Shown: positions 1 to 5,900 of the stretch, in pieces
Position numbering within the stretch: the first letter of the stretch is position 1
Layout: every line of letters begins with the position of its first letter
Origin: a virus
Lineage: Duplodnaviria; Caudoviricetes
Virus record (IMG/VR): IMGVR_UViG_3300021560_001195
Location: 1 to 26,086 of that record
Strand: one strand, 5' to 3'
DNA: 26,086 nucleotides
Made by a program: the position numbers and the translations under genes
Notes under the pieces: model-generated
Seen by the model: only the letters and a program-made list of their open reading frames with translations
What the model was told of the DNA's origin: nothing
Database searches by the model: none

Positions 1-512
1 TAGCGGATCCGCAGATCCATGGTGTTGGTGCAGCCGACCATGTAAATGCCGTCATCCCTGAATTCCCATTCGCCGAAGTACGGGCCGGGAATGCGCGACA
101 TCAGCGGCTGCTTGGCAGGCTGCATGACGACGAAAGAAGCACCTGAATTCGTTTGCCGCTGGAAGACGTTGAGCGGCAGGATCATGTCCGGCGGCAAGAC
201 GACGTTCGCGTTGGTGGTCGCGCCGTTGTAGTAACCGTTCTGGTTGATGAACACTTGCGTGCCGGGATCCGAGTTCGCTACCGGCCCGATGGGCGTCAGG
301 ATGGCGTTGTCGATCACCTGACTGAACAGTCCGTTATTCGCGAGGTAGCGTTGCGTCTTGCGGATCGATCCGTTCAGGAAAGTGTTCGTGTACGGCGCAT
401 TGTCGGTCAGGATGGCGCCGCTGGTATTGCGCAGCATGTCGTTGATCATGGCGCGGGCATAATTCAACACGTTTTCCGCGCTGGGATAAGTTCCAGTTTG
501 AACGTCTGCCAT
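1..512 (-). CDS. Putative head-tail adaptor / virion structural protein, 3'-truncated by the window edge (not in ORF track)
   Basis: ATG at 510-512 preceded by GAGGACTT. The frame is open to the window edge: MADVQTGTYPSAENVLNYARAMINDMLRNTSGAILTDNAPYTNTFLNGSIRKTQRYL...VVLPPDMILPL...EWEFRDDGIYMVG. The N-terminal helical pair, the LPxD motif and the position after the capsid module fit podoviral adaptors; the function is inferred. Confidence 0.6.
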   Translation of the reverse strand, partial: MADVQTGTYPSAENVLNYARAMINDMLRNTSGAILTDNAPYTNTFLNGSIRKTQRYLANNGLFSQVIDNAILTPIGPVANSDPGTQVFINQNGYYNGATTNANVVLPPDMILPLNVFQRQTNSGASFVVMQPAKQPLMSRIPGPYFGEWEFRDDGIYMVGCTNTMDLRIR

Positions 513-523
513 AAGTCCTCGAG

Positions 524-571
524 TGAAACGCCTGTTTCAGCCGGCGTCGAGCTCTTGAAACATTTGTTTCA
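524..571. promoter_or_regulatory. Pair of 16-bp palindromic operator-like sites TGAAAC-N4-GTTTCA
   Basis: TGAAACGCCTGTTTCA at 524-539 and TGAAACATTTGTTTCA at 556-571, 32 bp apart start to start, just upstream of the RBS of the 1..512 gene. Confidence 0.6.
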
Positions 572-576
572 GGGCA

Positions 577-647
577 TCGGGGAGCGGCTGAGTCTGCCGC
601 GATCTTGCTCAGATCAGGAGCCGAGAAGATTGCGTACCGCTCCCCGA
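577..647. other. Intergenic long hairpin element
   Basis: Perfect 11-bp inverted repeat TCGGGGAGCGG (577-587) / CCGCTCCCCGA (637-647), enclosing inner stems CGCGATCTT/AAGATTGCG and GCTC/GAGC. Confidence 0.5.
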
Positions 648-651
648 AGAT

Positions 652-1413
652 TTATTTCTTTTTCGTCTTAGTGCTGCCGCTTTCGGCCTGGCGCAGCTTG
701 ACCATCTGGGTGTGCAGCTCTTGGCTGATCATGCCCGCGAGCAGAGCGCGATCGGGATCGAACACGTAGCCGCAAGGATGCCGGATGATGCCAGCCTTCG
801 CCGGTTCGCCGCAGCCAGGGCATTCGGTGGTCTTTTTGTAGATCTTGTTCCAGCTGCGATCCTCGCCGAAGTACGAAGCCGCAATGCGCATCAGCGGCGT
901 GATGTCGTCAATCTTCCCGGCGGCCTCGATCGATGCGGCCATGCCCAGCAACCGGCGGTAAGTGGCTTCCATCTTTCCGCGGGCCGTAGCAAGTTCCCCG
1001 TCTGTCGGCGGATTGTTTTTCGTGAAGAACACGCCCAGGGCGCTCAGATCCGCGCCGTAAGTCCACCAACTCTTCCCGCCCGCGGTAACCGGATTGACGA
1101 TGTCCTGGGCCATGAATTCGCCGGACACTGCGTGCGTCTTCATTTCCTGTTCAACAAAGTAGGAATCGCGCCACACCGAAGGCAGCGTCCAGGCCAGCAG
1201 ATACGGTTCGCCTGGTTCACAGGCCCGCAACACGAAAGTGCCCGCGGATCCGCGCTCCACTCTGTGCTCGAGAGCGCCGATGTTGTAGATGTACACCTTG
1301 TAAGCGGGATCGTTACTGAACTGCGCGGTGTCTGGCGTGTACACCAGGGCGCCGTTCAATTCCTGTTCCACCTTACGCGCTTCGCGCAAGGCCACTACGC
1401 TGTCTGATGGCAT
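652..1413 (-). CDS. Hypothetical protein with C-terminal Zn-ribbon-like motif
   Basis: 253 aa with strong SD (AGGAGGAAGG) and CPGC-x11-HPCG near the C-terminus. Confidence 0.8.
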   Translation of the reverse strand: MPSDSVVALREARKVEQELNGALVYTPDTAQFSNDPAYKVYIYNIGALEHRVERGSAGTFVLRACEPGEPYLLAWTLPSVWRDSYFVEQEMKTHAVSGEFMAQDIVNPVTAGGKSWWTYGADLSALGVFFTKNNPPTDGELATARGKMEATYRRLLGMAASIEAAGKIDDITPLMRIAASYFGEDRSWNKIYKKTTECPGCGEPAKAGIIRHPCGYVFDPDRALLAGMISQELHTQMVKLRQAESGSTKTKKK

Positions 1414-1449
1414 AACCTTCCTCCTGATTTTCGAGATACAATTTTCGCG

Positions 1450-1520
1450 GGCGAAGTCCGGCTGCGGGTTCGATTCCCAAACTGAGTCGGTCAGTGCAGA
1501 AAGGCCTTCTGGATTTCGCC
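1450..1520 (+). ncRNA. Candidate structured RNA containing a tRNA T-arm-like motif, antisense to flanking genes
   Basis: Closing stem GGCGAAGTCCGG/CTGGATTTCGCC pairs fully with two G-U pairs on the + strand only. It encloses CTGC/GCAG, GGG-TTCGATT-CCC (1466-1478) and ACTGA/TCAGT stems. Confidence 0.4.
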
Positions 1521-2212
1521 TACCTCACCTGGCGATGGCCGCGGCCCATCTTTCTCACGATTTCGTCGCGGGAGATTCTGAGTCCGGCTTGCTTTTCTCT
1601 GATTCTTTGTTCCCAGGCTTCGCGATTGGACTCGTAGGTTCCGGCTTTTCCGCCGAAGGCTGGGGAAGCATCAAGATACGCCTCAAAAATTTTCTTAGCC
1701 GCTGCTTCACGTTCCGCCGCCATACGCTGCTCGACGGCTCGTTTCCGTTGGGCATAAGTACTCTCCTTTTCCTTCAGGAGATTGGGCACAAGCAAATCGA
1801 TGATCCAGTGCGTGAGCGGCATGGCATCGATGCGCATTTCGTCGCCAACGACGGTGCGCACAAAAAGATTGAAAGGCGCAGGCACGTACATGCCGCGTTC
1901 CGGAAAAGGGCCGATGCCTGGCGCATCCGTGTCCCAGTCCCACGTTATCGCGTACCAGAGTTCCGGCGAGATGATTTCGGGCGGCTTCCAGCAGTCGATG
2001 AACCAAGCCGGTATACCGTCATGTTTGAGGATGATGTGCTGCCCTTTTCGTCCGTTGGCGTCGACACCGTAAACGACATCGGTCTCATTTTGTCCCCAGA
2101 CAATTTTAAAATTTGGTTCGCCGTAACGATTAAAGCCCCCGATGCGGTTGATGTGTTCCACGTACTCTTGCGCGGCATACCGTTTCTCCATGCCGGGGAT
2201 CGTCCAACTCAT
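1520..2212 (-). CDS. Hypothetical phage protein
   Basis: 230 aa, ATGA overlap with the groES stop, Trp-rich N-half and charged helical C-half. Confidence 0.8.
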   Translation of the reverse strand: MSWTIPGMEKRYAAQEYVEHINRIGGFNRYGEPNFKIVWGQNETDVVYGVDANGRKGQHIILKHDGIPAWFIDCWKPPEIISPELWYAITWDWDTDAPGIGPFPERGMYVPAPFNLFVRTVVGDEMRIDAMPLTHWIIDLLVPNLLKEKESTYAQRKRAVEQRMAAEREAAAKKIFEAYLDASPAFGGKAGTYESNREAWEQRIREKQAGLRISRDEIVRKMGRGHRQVR

Positions 2213-2592
2213 GCATCCCTCAAAGATTCACGCAACTGGCCAGCGTTCTTGAGAAGGGAATATTGCGTGAGCGCATCAGGGTGGACCGTGTCTGGAATAA
2301 CCACGCGGCGCTGTCGGAAATAAATTTCGTCGTAGCGCAGGACGAGAAATTCCTCGCCATCGAGGTTCACTTCCGTTGCGCCGTATTTGCTGAACAGGAC
2401 GATGTCGCCGACCTCGAGCGGAAGGGGCACGATCTGATTCCCCACCAGCCGTCCTTCTCCAACGGCGATGACCCGCCCCTTGCTGCTCTTCACCTGTGCG
2501 ATTTCCGGCACATGCAAACCGTGCTGGATCTCCGCATCTTCATCGATGCGCTTGATTAAAACCCTGTCGCCCAACGGTTCGATGTCAATCAT
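2209..2592 (-). CDS. groES: Co-chaperonin GroES (Cpn10) with ~30-aa C-terminal extension
   Basis: Cpn10 signatures IEPLGDRVLIKR, GRVIAVGEGR and LEVGDIVLFSKYGATEVNLDGEEFLVLRYDEI. Confidence 0.93.
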   Translation of the reverse strand: MIDIEPLGDRVLIKRIDEDAEIQHGLHVPEIAQVKSSKGRVIAVGEGRLVGNQIVPLPLEVGDIVLFSKYGATEVNLDGEEFLVLRYDEIYFRQRRVVIPDTVHPDALTQYSLLKNAGQLRESLRDA

Positions 2593-2606
2593 GTTTTTTC
2601 CTGATG

Positions 2607-2649
2607 AAAATAAAACCGCCGAGGAGGTCTTGTCATCCGCCCCGGCGGT
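2607..2649 (-). terminator. Probable intrinsic terminator/attenuator after the major capsid gene
   Basis: On the minus strand, an ACCGCCGGGG...CCTCGGCGGT stem (one G-U) is followed by TTTATTTT. Confidence 0.6.
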
Positions 2650-2694
2650 CTCTCAGTAATTCGAATTGCAGCCACAGAGTAGCACAGCCAGAAA

Positions 2695-4023
2695 TCAGCT
2701 GAAATACCCAGTGGGAATTTGCGCGTTCTGGATGAAGGCACCCGCACGCACATTGCTGTTAAACACATTGAGTGAGGTTACGAAATAGAACACAGTAGAT
2801 GCGTTAATGCCGCCGGAGGCACCGATGGTCGGGAACACTGTTTGGCCGTTAACATCATACAAATCAGCAGCTTTCAGCTCCCCAATACCCCAGTACTTTA
2901 AGCACAATGCATCAACTCTACCGGGTAACGCATGTACACTCTTGACTATATCATAGCCCACGAAAGTGTTGGGCGTATATTTCTTCAGCATGTCCTGGCT
3001 GCTGTCGCCCTTCACTTCTTGCTGGTTCACGATGGCCACTTGGATCGCCAAATTCTCGACCGCAGCTGCCTGATCCACGTTCATATACCAAATCAAGTCG
3101 GCTAAGGCCGGAGTCTCGTTGCCCAACGCGAGCGCAATTTTGCTGACTACCAAACGCCCGATGGGAATGGTGATCGCGGCACCGGCAAGGTTCACCGTGG
3201 GCGTACTCAAGCGACCGGGGAAGTTCGAACGCGCCAGTCCATTCAGCGTGCCCGAATTGCCGTTCACCTGATATGCGCGAATGCCCATGATGCTGGTATT
3301 CGCGCCGCCCGATGCGCCGTTCACCATCAGCAGATCGTTCGCCGTCGTTCCGGCGGGCAGTGCCTGCGCGGACCAGATCGTATTGACGACGCCGTCGACA
3401 TACGAGATCTGAAAACTTCCGCGGCTCACGCCGCCGACTGACGGGAACACCTGCACTATCTGGTTGTCAAAAAATTGGTTGGCGTTGTTGACGATAATGT
3501 TCGAGAATGATGGCCCTGCGGCACCGGATCCGGAACTGGGTGTCGTGACGGTAGCCAGAACTCCACTGCCATCTCCCTGCAAATCCGCATCTAAATTCGA
3601 TTTGAATTGCTCAAGAGTATGCGTGAATTCTGATGCCTTAACCTGCACTCTACTCTTCTTACCAGTCTCCGTTGACCAAAGTGCCTGAGCAGTAATCTCG
3701 CAGGCTTCGGAAAAACTGATGGGCGTGAGGAACTGTGCCGCGTAAAACGACCCAGTGCCGCGGCCCATGTCGCCGCCGTCTGCGGAAAACTGCTGGTGCG
3801 TACTGCCCGCCGCGATCCTCATCGGAACGCGCAGAGAAGGACGCCCTGTGGGATCGAAAGTGCTGCCGGTGGATCCACCCGTTGAGGTGGACATCGGCAA
3901 CACACGTCCCGCTTTCTTGATTCTGGCGTAAAAAGTATCCTCCGTTAACATCAAATCGGGGATCTCCTCACGCACAGTCTCAAGTTCGACTGCCTGTACG
4001 GCAGCCTCGTTGAGAGCAGCCAT
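2695..4023 (-). CDS. Major capsid protein (HK97 fold, with inserted beta domain)
   Basis: 442 aa downstream of portal and scaffold. It has the E-loop-like stretch LRVPMRIAAG...DGGDMGRG, a spine helix ending DLQGDGSGVLATV, an inserted beta domain, MGIRAY...GTLNGLARS and a C-terminal VFNSNVRAGAFIQN. SD GGAG. Confidence 0.85.
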   Translation of the reverse strand: MAALNEAAVQAVELETVREEIPDLMLTEDTFYARIKKAGRVLPMSTSTGGSTGSTFDPTGRPSLRVPMRIAAGSTHQQFSADGGDMGRGTGSFYAAQFLTPISFSEACEITAQALWSTETGKKSRVQVKASEFTHTLEQFKSNLDADLQGDGSGVLATVTTPSSGSGAAGPSFSNIIVNNANQFFDNQIVQVFPSVGGVSRGSFQISYVDGVVNTIWSAQALPAGTTANDLLMVNGASGGANTSIMGIRAYQVNGNSGTLNGLARSNFPGRLSTPTVNLAGAAITIPIGRLVVSKIALALGNETPALADLIWYMNVDQAAAVENLAIQVAIVNQQEVKGDSSQDMLKKYTPNTFVGYDIVKSVHALPGRVDALCLKYWGIGELKAADLYDVNGQTVFPTIGASGGINASTVFYFVTSLNVFNSNVRAGAFIQNAQIPTGYFS

Positions 4024-4180
4024 GAAGCTACTCCATGTTGGTTGGACTTACCCCGTGCGGTTTTGCTGCCTGATCAGCCAGCTTCGTTCTGCTGTGTGAG
4101 GCGGTGGTAGTGATGCGCCGAAGCGCATTTGCTGCATTGCGTTGCTCGCAGTCGAGTTCTCAGTTTAACGTGACTCAGAC
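4024..4180 (-). promoter_or_regulatory. Structured leader of the capsid gene
   Basis: ATGCGC-TTCG-GCGCAT hairpin with a C(UUCG)G tetraloop on the minus strand (4113-4128), plus TGCG-AGCAA-CGCA and GTC(T)GAGT...ACTCGAC stems. Confidence 0.45.
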
Positions 4181-4791
4181 ACGATCGATTTATGCGAGAG
4201 CGCAAACTTTTTTCCAAAGTAGGCGATGCCGAAAAGGCCCGCCACCAGAAGCACCAGCGTTCCCGGTTCTGTGGTGGAAACGGTGCTCACGTCGAGGTCA
4301 TCGATCAGCACCGATTCACCGGGAGCGGTGATTGAAAAATAATTGAACTGCCCTGCGAACGGCAGCAGGTTGAAATTCGCCGCGGTTTGATTCGAGGCCA
4401 GCAGCGTGCCCAACACGCCTGCGGTATTCGATCCCCAGATGTTGTAGAAGTCCGGACCTTGGATGCTGTTCAGGCTGATCGACAGCGTAGTCGGATTCCT
4501 CGCGATGATCGGCGTGAGATTCAACTGCACCCAGTGGTTGTCGCTGATCTCGCGGTCGGTGCCATCGATGATGCCCAAACCGAATTCCGTTGGCCCTTCG
4601 TTCTTCGCGAACAGATGATCAGCGAGCACACCGTTGAATCCGGCCACGCCCACCGTGAACGAACCATCCGTGAAAGTACGTGAAGCGCCGAGGTCGCCGA
4701 GAACCACACCGAAATTAAAATCCACGCCGTCCGCAAGTGCTGGGGAAACGGCGAGTGCCAGGACAGCGATTAGCAAAAAGATTCGGAACAT
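4165..4791 (-). CDS. Secreted PEP-CTERM-like (exosortase-target-like) protein
   Basis: Start moved to ATG 4791 (SD AAGGAGGAG), giving 208 aa. Signal peptide MFRIFLLIAVLALAVSPALA-DG, beta-rich body, C-terminal TTEPGTLVLLVAGLFGIAYFGKK ((P/T)EP + TM helix + basic residues). Confidence 0.8.
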   Translation of the reverse strand: MFRIFLLIAVLALAVSPALADGVDFNFGVVLGDLGASRTFTDGSFTVGVAGFNGVLADHLFAKNEGPTEFGLGIIDGTDREISDNHWVQLNLTPIIARNPTTLSISLNSIQGPDFYNIWGSNTAGVLGTLLASNQTAANFNLLPFAGQFNYFSITAPGESVLIDDLDVSTVSTTEPGTLVLLVAGLFGIAYFGKKFALSHKSIVSESR

Positions 4792-4817
4792 GTCTCCTCC
4801 TTCGGACGGGCGGAAAC

Positions 4818-4883
4818 GGCGGCAGGAACATTCGCAGTCAGTCGTATGCAAAACGAAGTATCTGACCGCTACACCATGCCGCC
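4818..4883 (-). ncRNA. Degenerate tRNA-like cloverleaf (TGC at the anticodon position)
   Basis: GGCGGCA TG GTGT AGCGGTCAG ATAC TTCGT TTTGCAT ACGA CTGAC TGCGAAT GTTCC TGCCGCC: 7-bp acceptor stem, D-arm with GG, 7-nt anticodon-like loop, T-loop-like TGCGAAT. The T stem is weak, and there is no variable loop, CCA or G3:U70. Confidence 0.4.
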
Positions 4884-4895
4884 GCCCGTAGTGTA

Positions 4896-5240
4896 CTACT
4901 TTTTCGTGGGGCTGACTGTCGGGGGCACTACCGTGCCGTAAGTGACAACCATGGTCGCCGGTGCGGTCACGGTGATGTTCACGGTGTCATTCTCGACCAC
5001 CTGGCCCATGGAATTCATGGCCGTATAGGTCACCGTGCAGCTCGATCCTTCGGCGCCCACGCCGGTCAAGGGAATCACGTTGGGCGTGCTCGAATCGGGA
5101 TTGCCAATCGCCACCACCGTGGGATCGGAGGACGAAGCGACAAACGTACAGGTTCCGGTGATGTCGGCGCCGCCTGCATCCAAAACCTGAATGGTCGCGG
5201 TATTCGGTCCAGTCGGAATCGTTACAGTCTGGTCAGGCAT
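4896..5240 (-). CDS. Small Ig-like (Big-type) beta-sandwich protein
   Basis: 114 aa, Thr/Val-rich, with TATIQVLDAGG, ASSSDPTVVAI, GSSCTVTYTA and DTVNITVTAP patterns typical of bacterial Ig-like domains. Confidence 0.7.
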   Translation of the reverse strand: MPDQTVTIPTGPNTATIQVLDAGGADITGTCTFVASSSDPTVVAIGNPDSSTPNVIPLTGVGAEGSSCTVTYTAMNSMGQVVENDTVNITVTAPATMVVTYGTVVPPTVSPTKK

Positions 5241-5508
5241 GTTTCTTTGCTCCTTGTGAAATTGCGAATTTGTAGACTACCTTCAGCATCGCTGGGACAG
5301 AAACTTCTTCGCCGCCGCCAAGCAACTTCTCAATGTTCTTGGACGATGCCAGCAAGGCATTGAGTGTCGAGTTGGCGGTTTGCACATTCTGCAAAGTCTC
5401 TTGCGCTACCTGCAATTGTTGCTGCGCTACCGCGAGCTGCTGCTTGGCAACGGCCAGGAGCTGCTCGAGCAGTTGTGCCACGCTTTGATTTTGTTCCGGT
5501 TGCGGCAT
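5233..5508 (-). CDS. Small coiled-coil protein
   Basis: Start likely ATG 5508 (SD AAGGAGAG; alternative 5529). Heptad repeats LLAVAKQ-QLAVAQQ-QLQVAQE-TLQNVQT. Confidence 0.7.
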   Translation of the reverse strand: MPQPEQNQSVAQLLEQLLAVAKQQLAVAQQQLQVAQETLQNVQTANSTLNALLASSKNIEKLLGGGEEVSVPAMLKVVYKFAISQGAKKHA

Positions 5509-5525
5509 CTTGCTCTCCTTTTTTT

Positions 5526-5714
5526 TCATCGCGTTCGCGGCCCCCAGGTCATCACTCCCGGCAAGAAAATATAAAGCAGCCAGAGGATTACAGCGATGAC
5601 CGCTACAGTGTTTAAAATCTGTTTAATTTTCGCGTCCATCGGGATGTACGTGTTGGCAAGCCACAGCAACACCCCGATGACGATCAACACCACAATGATC
5701 TGAATGATCGGCAT
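5526..5714 (-). CDS. Small two-TM membrane protein (resembles Thivi_2564 family)
   Basis: 62 aa, MPIIQIIVVLIVIGVLLWLANTYIPMDAKIKQILNTVAVIAVILWLL. Family recognised from memory, not from a search. Confidence 0.75.
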   Translation of the reverse strand: MPIIQIIVVLIVIGVLLWLANTYIPMDAKIKQILNTVAVIAVILWLLYIFLPGVMTWGPRTR

Positions 5715-5717
5715 CGT

Positions 5718-5900
5718 TCACCTCACCGGCAAACCGTCGTAGCTCACCCAGTCCGTGCCGTTGTTGCTGAAGATCAGACACTGCGTGTTCACATGCACGG
5801 CCACGAACTGGTAGTACGTGAAACCTTCGGGCGGCTTGATGGCCCGCAGCGAAGCCTTTAGGAGTGTTTCGCCCGTGACCGGATCCTGGGTCTTTACCAC
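5718..5900 (-). CDS. Hypothetical protein
   Basis: Probable GTG at 5900 overlapping the scaffold stop (the frame is open to 5963). It fills the gap between scaffold and membrane protein genes. Confidence 0.55.
   Translation of the reverse strand: MVKTQDPVTGETLLKASLRAIKPPEGFTYYQFVAVHVNTQCLIFSNNGTDWVSYDGLPVR

Noticed and set aside
524-571. parS sites
   Set aside because: The half-sites are in the opposite order to the parS consensus TGTTTCACGTGAAACA, and no parAB is in the window.
1466-1478. Canonical tRNA gene suggested by GGTTCGATTCCC
   Set aside because: No acceptor, D or anticodon arms in the correct order; kept only as an ncRNA candidate.
4818-4883. Functional tRNA-Ala(TGC)
   Set aside because: Only 66 nt, with a broken T stem, no variable loop, no G3:U70 and no CCA; reported as tRNA-like only.
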